Positions 1 to 7,389 of a DNA stretch of 26,570 nucleotides are shown here, piece by piece. Position numbers and translations under genes: made by a program. The stretch covers positions 1 through 26,570 of the forward strand of contig JBPCPW010000102.1 of the NCBI GenBank assembly GCA_050998755.1, written 5' to 3'. Source of the DNA: Candidatus Dormibacteria bacterium. Its GTDB lineage: Bacteria; Chloroflexota; Dormibacteria; DASZGP01. The notes below the pieces were generated by a model. That model worked only from the letters and a program-made list of their open reading frames with translations. It was not told the origin of the DNA and did no database searches. Numbering within the stretch: the stretch's first letter is position 1; the number at the start of each line of letters is the position of its first letter.

Positions 1-461
1 TACCGCGTGCGCGACCAGGCCGGCCCGATCACTCGCACACCGCGCTCGAGCCACAGCTGCAGATCGGCCGGCGTGACGATGGGATCAGCGCTCTCCATCA
101 GCAGCACCCCGGCCAGCCGCCCCCGCCGCCACGATGACCGGTAGGCGCGGACCTCCGGGGCGGTGCGCAGGAGGTTGAGGCCGACGCTTCGGTAGTAGGC
201 CACCTGGGCTTCGGCCATCAGCGCGGCTTCGCGCGGCGTGCGGTAGGTCCAGGACCCGGTCTCCGTGAACGCGCGCCGGTCGGGAGCGACGAAGAGGGTG
301 GGGAAGATCAGCCCGACGCCGGCCTCGATCAGGGTGTCGCGACTGAGCGCGTACCCGGGCGCGGGCTTCCCCTCGAAAGGGCGACCCTCAGCGATCGCGT
401 TGTAGGCGATGTCGAGGTGGGCGTCGACGATCAAGCTGGACTCGTCCTTCGGCCCATGCAC
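1..461 (-). CDS. amidohydrolase / M19 dipeptidase-like protein, N-terminal part (3' end runs off the window)
   Basis: My own translation of the minus strand from GTG at 461-459 stays open to position 1: VHGPKDESSLIVDAHLDIAYNAIAEGRPFEGKPAPGYALSRDTLIEAGVGLIFPTLFV...GVLLMESADPIVTPADLQLWLERGVRVIGPAWSRTR. The DAHLD N-terminus and the ME.ADPI...GVR..GPAW pattern resemble amidohydrolase/dipeptidase families. It is absent from the ORF track because the window edge truncates it. Confidence 0.5.
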   Translation of the reverse strand, partial: MHGPKDESSLIVDAHLDIAYNAIAEGRPFEGKPAPGYALSRDTLIEAGVGLIFPTLFVAPDRRAFTETGSWTYRTPREAALMAEAQVAYYRSVGLNLLRTAPEVRAYRSSWRRGRLAGVLLMESADPIVTPADLQLWLERGVRVIGPAWSRTR

Positions 462-1433
462 ACAATTGACATTGCGCGGATGTTACGGCGGCGCGCCCTG
501 GAGCCGCTCCGCGTACCAGCCACACGACCCCTTCCGTGCGGTTGCAAATGCCGGGTGCTGTTGAAGGTCAGTCGCGCAGCTCCAGCCTGGCCCGGCGCTG
601 AGGGCAGGTTCGGCCACTTCACGTACTCGCCGTAGACATGATTGTTGACAGAATCCGAAGTCGTCGGCCCGCCTACCAGGCCTTCGCGGTAGATGTACCA
701 GAGCCGGTTGTGCACGGTGTCGGTGGACAGCCACTGGCGGTCGGTGAAGGTGTTGGCGCCATTCTCCTGGTTTGCCTCGCACCGGGAGACGAACGTCGCT
801 CCATGGTCGTGGCTGGCCCACAAACCGGTAGGGAGCCAGGCGCAGGTGTACCGATGATCTTGCCCACTCCCGGGGTTCCCAGGGTGTTGAAGGTCTGGCC
901 GCCGTCGAGACTTCGGTCGATAAATGACTGGGTGGTGTTGAACCCGAATATAGGCGCCTCGTACGTTGCGCCGTCCGGCGCCACCATGACTGATGGTTCA
1001 AAACCGGTGCGGAACGGGTCGGCGATGGTCTCGCGACCAAAACTCACGGTTCCCTGCCCCGGGGTTGGGATCAACTGTCTCGGGGCGGCGCTGGCCTCGA
1101 CCAGGCCACGGTACGTGCCGCCGGTGGCGATATCACCGTCAGGCCGACCGTGTGAGTCTTCTCGAACCCGTTGGGAGCCACCACATGGACCAATTCCTGT
1201 TCGCACATGGGTGGCCCTGCACCCTTGCACTTCTTGAAGTTCTGGCCAAGCTGACCGGCGCCGTCGTCCGTGCCGGTTATCGCCGAACCCTGGTAGGTGG
1301 CCGAACGACTTCGCGAGCCTCCCGCATCAGCCGTGATCGCGGGCGGCGTGGCGGCACGCGCACGCTCCGTGGCCAATCCCGCGACCCCGATCAGCGTAAC
1401 CCCGAGCGCCCCGTACTGGCAGGCCTTCCTCAT
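431..1433 (-). pseudogene. secreted BNR/Asp-box repeat (sialidase-like) protein, split over three reading frames
   Basis: Three overlapping same-strand ORFs together read like one protein. ORF 1071..1433 carries a signal peptide (MRKACQYGALGVTLIGVAGLATERARA). ORF 673..1230 carries the Asp-box SLDGGQTF. ORF 431..823 carries the Asp-box SHDHGATF. The frame changes fall at about 1130-1160 and 830-860. The last ~200 nt are low-complexity and overlap the start of the neighbouring gene. Confidence 0.55.
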
Positions 1434-1498
1434 CCTCGGGCCGATAGTTGCATGTTTGGCCGCCGATCACCAGATTCGCCGCTGAAAGCGTAGTCTGT

Positions 1499-1521
1499 CA
1501 ATATGTCAAAAAGTCATATTG
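1499..1521. promoter_or_regulatory. inverted repeat CAATATG-N9-CATATTG spanning the antitoxin start codon (candidate TA autoregulatory operator)
   Basis: CAATATG at 1499-1505 contains the ATG at 1503. Its perfect reverse complement CATATTG lies at 1515-1521. This is an AT-rich patch within GC-rich DNA. Confidence 0.35.
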
Positions 1522-1796
1522 TGCCCGTTTCGGACTTCAAGCGCGACTTCGCAAGATACGCTTCCGAGGTGGAGCGGGGTCGCCGCGTGCTGGTGACGCG
1601 GCACGGCAAGCCGGTCGGCGAGTTTGTCCCGGCAGGCGGTCTGGCGGGGAACGCCCTGCCCGCGCCAAAACGGTCCGGGGGAGTCCTGGCCCTCATCGGC
1701 ATCCTGGAGGAGTGGGATTCCATGGAGGCCGACATGGCCGATGTGGTGCGCACGCGCAACCGCCAGCGCCCGCGTTCGATCCCCGACCTGGCCTGA
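1503..1796 (+). CDS. type II antitoxin, Phd/YefM family
   Basis: The 97 aa ORF begins MSKSHIVPVSDFKRDFARYASEVERGRRVLVTRHGKPVGEFVP, a typical Phd/YefM N-terminal fold signature. Its stop lies 2 nt before the PIN toxin start. Confidence 0.8.
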   Translation: MSKSHIVPVSDFKRDFARYASEVERGRRVLVTRHGKPVGEFVPAGGLAGNALPAPKRSGGVLALIGILEEWDSMEADMADVVRTRNRQRPRSIPDLA

Positions 1797-1798
1797 CG

Positions 1799-2200
1799 GT
1801 GCGGTACCTGCTCGACACCGATACCCTGTCAGCGCTGCTCAAGCCGCGTCCGAACCTCGTGCTGGGACGGAGGTTGGCGACCGAGCCCGCCGAGTCCATC
1901 TTCACGTCAGCAATCACCGCGGCGGAGCTGGTGTACGGCGCCGCCCGGTCCGGGCGCCCGCAGCTGGTCGGGCGCGTGGAGACCGTCCTGGATGCTCTTC
2001 CGATCGTCTCGTTCGACGCGCCGTCCGCATATGTCTATGGCCGGCTGAGGGCTGAGCTCCAGACTTCAGGCACCAACCTCGCAGAACCGGACCTGCGCAT
2101 CGCCAGCATCGCCATGGCGTATCAGATGGTGGTGGTGACAGGCAATGGGCGCCATTTTGCCCGAGTGCCTGGCCTGCAGCTCGAGGACTGGTTGGGCTGA
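1799..2200 (+). CDS. vapC: type II toxin, PIN-domain ribonuclease VapC
   Basis: GTG at 1799 is in the frame of ORF 1448..2200. VRYLLDTDTLSALLK (first acidic PIN residues), ITAAELVYGA and DLRIASIAMAYQMVVVTGNGRHF are typical of VapC. The upstream part of the 250 aa ORF overlaps the antitoxin and is Arg/Gly-rich, so it was rejected. Confidence 0.85.
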   Translation: MRYLLDTDTLSALLKPRPNLVLGRRLATEPAESIFTSAITAAELVYGAARSGRPQLVGRVETVLDALPIVSFDAPSAYVYGRLRAELQTSGTNLAEPDLRIASIAMAYQMVVVTGNGRHFARVPGLQLEDWLG

Positions 2201-2254
2201 TCTGAGTCGCGGCGGCCCGCCCGACGTCACAGCTGATGGCCGGCGCGTTATTCC

Positions 2255-3112
2255 CTACGACGCGCGCGGGGTGGGAAACTGCGTGCCCAGGACGGCGTCG
2301 AACGCGCGGTCGGGCAGCAGACGGCGGGTTAGGATGGCCGCGCGCGCGCCTATCGTCACCACGTAACGGGTGCGTGGCCGGGGCACGGATATCGCCCGCT
2401 CGATAACCCTGGCGACAGTGCTGGGGTCGGCCGCGAACCGCGACATTGCCCCGCTGTAGGCGTTCTGGATAGCCTTGCTCGCTGCCGTGTTGAGCGCGGC
2501 ATATGGACCGGCTGCGCCGCCGTCCTCAGTTGCCGACCCGGTGGCGGTTTCGCCGAAGCGAGTCTTGATCAGCCCGGGTTCGATCACCACGACGTCGACG
2601 CCAAAACCGCGCACCTCGAAGCGCAGCGCATCGCTGATGGCCTCCAGGGCGAATTTCGAACCGTGGTAATAACCCCCCGCGGGGAGGGTGAGCTTGCCGC
2701 CCATCGAGCTGATGTTCACCACCCGGCCCCAGTGTTGCCGGCGCATCCCGGGCAGGACCATCTGCGTCAGCCGAACCGGGCCGAAGACGTTGGTCTCGAA
2801 CTCCTTCCTGACCAGGTCCATCGGGACCTCCTCGATCGGCCCTGCCTGCTCATACCCAGCGTTATTGACCAGGACGCCAACGGCTCCCTCGGCCTTCTCG
2901 ACCACCGCAACTGCCGCCAGCATGGATGCCTCGTCGGTGACGTCCAGCGCCAGGGTCGAGCAGCCGGCGGCCTCCAGCTCTGCCAGCGTTTCAACCCGCC
3001 GGGCGGTGGCGTAGACGCGCCATCCGTTGCGCGCCAGTGCCGCTGCGGTGACCTTGCCGATGCCGGACGAGCACCCGGTGATAAGCACCGCCTTCGAAAC
3101 GTCGGATTCCAT
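2255..3112 (-). CDS. short-chain dehydrogenase/reductase (SDR) family oxidoreductase
   Basis: The start is taken at Met129 of ORF 2255..3496 (ATG at 3112-3110). Motifs present are TGCSSGIG (cofactor binding), NNAG and YHGSK (YxxxK). Confidence 0.9.
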   Translation of the reverse strand: MESDVSKAVLITGCSSGIGKVTAAALARNGWRVYATARRVETLAELEAAGCSTLALDVTDEASMLAAVAVVEKAEGAVGVLVNNAGYEQAGPIEEVPMDLVRKEFETNVFGPVRLTQMVLPGMRRQHWGRVVNISSMGGKLTLPAGGYYHGSKFALEAISDALRFEVRGFGVDVVVIEPGLIKTRFGETATGSATEDGGAAGPYAALNTAASKAIQNAYSGAMSRFAADPSTVARVIERAISVPRPRTRYVVTIGARAAILTRRLLPDRAFDAVLGTQFPTPRAS

Positions 3113-3160
3113 CCCGACGAGTATCGCGCGCGGGCCGTGGCGTTTACACTGGGCGCCCTG

Positions 3161-4753
3161 ATGGAGACTGCGGTGGGCCACGTCATAGTCTGTGGGCTGG
3201 ACCGCCTGGGACTGCGCATCGTCGAAGACCTGAGGGCGTTGGGGGATGACGTCGTGGTCATGGCGGACGGCGCCGCAGTCACCTTCGTCGACCGGGTCCG
3301 CGACGCCGGGGCGCGAATGATCGGGGGCAGTTCGCAGGAGGAGGACCACCTGCGCGACGCGGGCATTGAGAAAGCACGCTGCCTGGTCCTCACCGAGGAC
3401 ACCGACCTCGGCAACCTGCATGCGGCGATCACCGCCCAGGAGATCAACCCGACGATCAGGGTGGTCGTGCGCATATTCAACTCCGAGCTGGCTCATCGGG
3501 CGGGTGATCTGCTGACCAACGTCGAGGTGCTGGCGCTCTCCAGCCTCAGCGCCCCGACTCTGGTGGCTGAGGCGCTCGGGCTGCAGGCTGGGAGCACCTT
3601 CGAGGTGTGGGGGCGAAAGGTTGCCCTGCGGGAGAGCGACGAAGGCGAGGATGCCGCGCTGGCCCGGCTGGAGGATGGGATGTTTCTCAGCGACGGTGGC
3701 GCCGCGCCGGAGGTCCTTACGATTTCACAGACCCGCTGGCGCGGCCGCCGCACGGCGCTGCGCGCCTTGCGGGCATTCTTCGATCGGCGCCTGGCGGTGG
3801 TGTTGGGAATGGTGTTCCTGCTCTCGGCGATCAGCGTCGCCATCTTCGCCGTCTTCGACCACCTGTCGCCCGTGGATGCCATCTACTTCACGTTCACGAC
3901 CATCACCACCGTTGGCTATGGCGACATCAACCTGGCAACCTCCTCTAACGCCCTCAAGCTCTACGACGTCGGCTTCATGCTCTTCGGGGCCACCGCGCTC
4001 GCCGCCTTCTACGCACTGGTCACCGATGCTGTCGTCGGTGCGCGGCTTTCCGCCGCGCTCGGCGTGCCACACGGCAAGATCAAGAACCACGTGGTGGTCT
4101 GCGGGCTGGGCAACGTGGGGTTCCGGGTCGTTGAGCAGCTGGTGAGTAGGGGGGTTGAGGTGGCGGCGTGCGACTTAAATGAACGCGGGCGCTTCGTGCA
4201 GGTGGTGCGGCGAATGGGCGTTCCCGTGCTGGTCGGTGACGCCCTGCTGGCCGACAACCTGCACATCCTCGGCGTCGCCCGCGCCCGGGCTGTGGTCGCG
4301 GCCACCAATGACGATGTCGCCAACGTTGAGGTCATGCTGGCCGCGCGCGAGCTGGGTCCGGGCGCGCGCCTGGTGGCGAGGGTCTTTGATGCCAAGCTGG
4401 CGGAACGGGCGGAGAAGCGGTTCGGCATCCACGCGTGCCACTCGGTGTCGGCGCTGGCCGCGCCCTATTTCGCGGCGGCGACCCTTGGCGACGACGTCAA
4501 CACCATGCTCACCGCGGGCGCCCATGCCTGGCTGTTGGTGGAGCGGAAGGTCGGGGCAGAGTCACCCGCGTCGAAGATGACGGTGCGAGCGTTCCAGGAC
4601 GAATGCGACGGAATCGTGGTGGCCGTGCGAGACAGCGACGGCGCGCGCTGGCGCCCCGAGCATGACTCGACCATCGCCGCGGGGCAGGAGTTGTTGGTGG
4701 CCACAGTGGTCGATGGGCTGGAAACCCTGCGGCGGCTCACCACGGCCGAGTAA
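3161..4753 (+). CDS. potassium channel with RCK (TrkA-N) domains on both sides of a two-TM pore, plus a TrkA-C-like end
   Basis: ATG at 3161 is Met167 of ORF 2663..4753. The selectivity filter is TTVGYGD, with flanking hydrophobic helices LAVVLGMVFLLSAISVAIFAVF and LYDVGFMLFGATALAAFYALV. The N-terminal Rossmann-like segment is VIVCGLDRLGLRIVEDL and the C-terminal one is VVVCGLGNVGFRVVEQL. Confidence 0.85.
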   Translation: METAVGHVIVCGLDRLGLRIVEDLRALGDDVVVMADGAAVTFVDRVRDAGARMIGGSSQEEDHLRDAGIEKARCLVLTEDTDLGNLHAAITAQEINPTIRVVVRIFNSELAHRAGDLLTNVEVLALSSLSAPTLVAEALGLQAGSTFEVWGRKVALRESDEGEDAALARLEDGMFLSDGGAAPEVLTISQTRWRGRRTALRALRAFFDRRLAVVLGMVFLLSAISVAIFAVFDHLSPVDAIYFTFTTITTVGYGDINLATSSNALKLYDVGFMLFGATALAAFYALVTDAVVGARLSAALGVPHGKIKNHVVVCGLGNVGFRVVEQLVSRGVEVAACDLNERGRFVQVVRRMGVPVLVGDALLADNLHILGVARARAVVAATNDDVANVEVMLAARELGPGARLVARVFDAKLAERAEKRFGIHACHSVSALAAPYFAAATLGDDVNTMLTAGAHAWLLVERKVGAESPASKMTVRAFQDECDGIVVAVRDSDGARWRPEHDSTIAAGQELLVATVVDGLETLRRLTTAE

Positions 4754-4763
4754 CGCTACTGAA

Positions 4764-5234
4764 CTAGGCGGCCCTGGCCTCTGCCACGGCGCGCTGGATC
4801 TGCTCGACGTGGCTGTCGCAGTGAACGGCGTAGATCTGCAGCCAGAACTCCACCGAGTACGCACCGAGCTCGCTGTGAGTGCCGGCGCGCCCCCAGTCCT
4901 CCTCGGACAGGTTCTCCAGGATCGACATGGTGCTCGAGCGGGCGGCGCGTATGGCATCGAGCGACGGGCCGATCGGCCGCGTCGCGTAATTCAGCCGGCG
5001 CGCGAACTCATCGCCGTCGTAGCCACTGATCTCCGGGTTGGTCTCAGCCACCAGCCGGCGCAGGCGCATTGCGGAGGTCATCTCGCTGTCGGCGGTGTGG
5101 TGCACCACTTCGCGGGGTGACCAGCCACCGTCCGCAGGCTTATGGTCCAGCTCGGCGTCGGTGAGACCGGCCACGGCCGCGGACATCACGTCGGGGCCGT
5201 TGCGGTACTGCTCGAGCAGCGCCGCGCGGTTCAT
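4764..5234 (-). CDS. DinB-family (four-helix-bundle, metal-dependent) protein
   Basis: The start is Met37 of ORF 4764..5342. VVHHTADSEM and AVHCDSHVEQI supply the His-triad-like residues. The start is separated by 1 nt from the upstream stop (TGAGATG), suggesting translational coupling. Confidence 0.75.
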   Translation of the reverse strand: MNRAALLEQYRNGPDVMSAAVAGLTDAELDHKPADGGWSPREVVHHTADSEMTSAMRLRRLVAETNPEISGYDGDEFARRLNYATRPIGPSLDAIRAARSSTMSILENLSEEDWGRAGTHSELGAYSVEFWLQIYAVHCDSHVEQIQRAVAEARAA

Positions 5235-5235
5235 C

Positions 5236-5637
5236 TCAGCCCCGCGCCGCGGCGAGGCGTTCGGCGCGCACCGCCCGGGCTTTGGCCAGCGCCGCGCGGC
5301 GTTTCTCCCGCACCACCAGGTCGGTGGTCTTTTGGCGAACACTGGGGGGTGTGAGGCTCTTGCGAGGCCGACCGCGGCGAGGCGCGTCGGCGCCGGGTTC
5401 CACGACCCTGGGGGGCCGCCCTCGGCGCCGAGGCGTATCTCCCGGCGGTGACCCCGGCTGGACCTTCAACGAGCGGCTGATCTCGTCCAGCAGCAGTCGT
5501 AGTCGCCGGTTCTCGGCCTCCAGCTGCGCGTTGCGCTCGACCAGGCCGCGGACGCCCTCGAGCAGCCCGCTGTCCTTGTCCGCGGTGGCGGCGGTTGGCC
5601 TGCGGTTCTTGCTTCCTACGGGGCGTCCACGTGGCAT
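5236..5637 (-). CDS. small basic coiled-coil protein with three AT-hook-like RGRP motifs
   Basis: The 133 aa ORF carries PRGRPVGSKN at the N-terminus and RRGRPPR and RRGRPRK in the C-terminal half. The central segment LVERNAQLEAENRRLRLLLDEI is heptad-like. It is coupled to the DinB gene. Confidence 0.6.
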   Translation of the reverse strand: MPRGRPVGSKNRRPTAATADKDSGLLEGVRGLVERNAQLEAENRRLRLLLDEISRSLKVQPGSPPGDTPRRRGRPPRVVEPGADAPRRGRPRKSLTPPSVRQKTTDLVVREKRRAALAKARAVRAERLAAARG

Positions 5638-5723
5638 CAGGGAAGTTTACCGAGTCCCGGTCATGTGCGGCTCCGCCCGCCTGTTGGTTATAGGCTCCAA
5701 CTGATGGGGTTGGAGGTGCACCG

Positions 5724-6536
5724 GTGACGGTTGTCGCGAGGCCCGCGGCGACGGTGGCGCTGCTGCGGAATGGAGCAACGGGGCTCGAGGTCCTGATGAT
5801 GGTCAGGCCTATGGCCGCTGAGTTCGCCCCCCGCGCGCTGGTCTTTCCCGGCGGCCGCATCGACGACGGCGACGGCGACCCGGCCTGGGCTGAGGTGGTG
5901 GACATCGACGACGCGGGTCGCGCGCTGATCGCCGAGGACGGCCAAGACGGCCAAGATGACGGCCAACCGACACCCCTCGCCTTCCGGTTGGGGGCCATCC
6001 GCGAGATGTTCGAGGAGACCGCGATGCTGATCGGGTCCAACGTCCCGCCAGAGCCCGCCTGGGCCGGGACGGCGCGCCGCCGGGTGCACCAGGGCCAGGA
6101 GACGTTCATCTCCACGGTGCGCGAGGCGGGACTCGGGATCCGTCCCGCCGACCTCGTCTACTTCGCCCGCTGGGTCACCCCGGAATCGCAACCCAAGCGC
6201 TACGACACGCGCTTCTACGCCGCCGCCATCACTGACGGACAGGCGCCCGTGGCTGCGCCAGGTGAGGTGGAGTCGGTCACCTGGATCAGGCCCCAGGAGG
6301 CGCTGGCGAATGCCAACAACGCCGACGCCTACGTGATGCCTCCGACCAGGGCGGCACTGGAATCCATGGCGCGCTTCGTGGACGTCAGGTCGGCGCTCAC
6401 AGGGATGTACGGAACCCGCGATATCCGTCCCATCCTGCCCCGCATAGTCCGGGTGGGAGGTGACGAAAAGGCCGGGCCGGACATCCAAGTGGTATTGCCC
6501 GGCGACCCCGGCTACGAAAAAGCCGAAGCCCTCTGA
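5724..6536 (+). CDS. NUDIX hydrolase
   Basis: The 270 aa ORF has a GTG start. The Nudix box is split by an acidic insert: GGRIDDGDGD ... AIREMFEETAML. Confidence 0.8.
   Translation: MTVVARPAATVALLRNGATGLEVLMMVRPMAAEFAPRALVFPGGRIDDGDGDPAWAEVVDIDDAGRALIAEDGQDGQDDGQPTPLAFRLGAIREMFEETAMLIGSNVPPEPAWAGTARRRVHQGQETFISTVREAGLGIRPADLVYFARWVTPESQPKRYDTRFYAAAITDGQAPVAAPGEVESVTWIRPQEALANANNADAYVMPPTRAALESMARFVDVRSALTGMYGTRDIRPILPRIVRVGGDEKAGPDIQVVLPGDPGYEKAEAL
5937..5966 (+). repeat. 9-bp in-frame repeat GACGGCCAA x2, GAT, x1
   Basis: Direct reading shows copies at 5937-5945, 5946-5954 and 5958-5966. The repeat encodes DGQDGQDDGQ inside the NUDIX gene. Confidence 0.85.
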
Positions 6537-6545
6537 CCCCGGTCT

Positions 6546-7286
6546 CTACGCCCCAGATCGCGTGACCGGCGCGCCGGCCAGCAGCCGCGCGACCTGGTTG
6601 TAGACCCGGGCGTTGACCCCCATCCCCACATGGCTGCCGCCGACCTCGATCGATCGCACGTCGGGCCGCAGGCAGGCCTCCCAATGGACCACGCCGTCGG
6701 TCCTGGAGTAGAGAGACGTGAAGGGCACGCTGACCGGCTCACACAGCTCGGCGTCGAACCTGGCATCCACGTCTCGGGGCCCCCGCCGCAGGGTGTGCAG
6801 GGCGCGAACAATATGCACCGCCGCCATGGTCGAAGGATGGACATCCAGCGGATCGTTGATCGGGCTGCCCAGCGAGATGATCTGCTCGATCATCTGGGGG
6901 TACCGGTGACTCAACCCGAGCGCCAGCACGCCGCCGCGGCTCTGTCCGATGATCACCACCTGGCGGCCATGCTTTTGATATTCGTGGCCCAGGCGGGAGG
7001 CGATGCGCTGCACCAGGGCCTCCGATGAGAAGACATTCAAATTGATCCCTGAGCGCAGTGGCCGGTACCCGTTCCGGCGCAACCAGCCGCGCATCACGTC
7101 GAGCGAGGTGTCCCCGGCCAGGAAGCCTGGGATGAGCATCACCGGGCGGCCGTCTCCCGGTGGCACGTCAACCCCGGCGAAGACCGGTGACCGCCGCAGC
7201 TGGGCGTACTCGACCCAGGCGCGACCCTCGAGCCAGACGGGGGGAATGGGATACATGCGTCCGATCAATCGACTGCGAACCTCCAT
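6546..7286 (-). CDS. alpha/beta-fold hydrolase (lipase/esterase-like)
   Basis: The 246 aa ORF has the nucleophile elbow GQSRGG (GxSxG) after VVIIGQS, and PVMLIPGFLAGD resembles an oxyanion region. It is divergent from the WS/DGAT gene. Confidence 0.8.
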   Translation of the reverse strand: MEVRSRLIGRMYPIPPVWLEGRAWVEYAQLRRSPVFAGVDVPPGDGRPVMLIPGFLAGDTSLDVMRGWLRRNGYRPLRSGINLNVFSSEALVQRIASRLGHEYQKHGRQVVIIGQSRGGVLALGLSHRYPQMIEQIISLGSPINDPLDVHPSTMAAVHIVRALHTLRRGPRDVDARFDAELCEPVSVPFTSLYSRTDGVVHWEACLRPDVRSIEVGGSHVGMGVNARVYNQVARLLAGAPVTRSGA

Positions 7287-7359
7287 GTTTGCACCGAGTC
7301 TGCATTGCGGGACCGTAAACGATTGTTAACCGTACCGCGCAGCGCGGGGGCGGTCCCAC

Positions 7360-7365
7360 TAGAAT
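7360..7365 (+). promoter_or_regulatory. candidate -10 hexamer TAGAAT upstream of WS/DGAT
   Basis: TAGAAT at 7360-7365 lies 24 nt before the ATG at 7390. GGGAGG at 7377-7382 is the likely Shine-Dalgarno sequence. No convincing -35 was seen. Confidence 0.3.
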
Positions 7366-7389
7366 CCAAGTTCGCTGGGAGGTGTGGCT

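Noticed and set aside
1448-1798. Upstream extension of the VapC ORF (250 aa version)
   Set aside because: It overlaps the antitoxin gene in another frame and is Arg/Gly/Pro-rich. The PIN domain begins at GTG 1799.
2663-3160. N-terminal 166 codons of the 696 aa ORF 2663..4753
   Set aside because: This part is antisense to the SDR gene and shows no channel or RCK features. The channel is taken to start at ATG 3161.
3113-3496. Upstream 128 codons of ORF 2255..3496
   Set aside because: This part overlaps the potassium-channel gene antisense. The SDR fold starts at MESDVSKAVLITGCSSGIG, so the start is set at 3112.
5231-6488. 294 aa and 266 aa minus-strand ORFs (5231..6115, 5688..6488)
   Set aside because: They overlap the AT-hook gene and the NUDIX gene in other frames or antisense. 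They are Arg/Pro/Gly-rich, and the Nudix box identifies the real frame.
4753-6546. Very tight convergent gene ends (4753/4764 and 6536/6546) as possible regulatory antisense overlaps
   Set aside because: The 9-10 bp gaps contain no hairpin or other signal. Compact convergent ends are common in GC-rich genomes, so nothing specific can be supported.
7384-7389. GTG 7384 as the WS/DGAT start (MAMDRM...)
   Set aside because: It would overlap the GGGAGG Shine-Dalgarno sequence. ATG 7390 has proper spacing, and the family typically starts near M..L.PLD.
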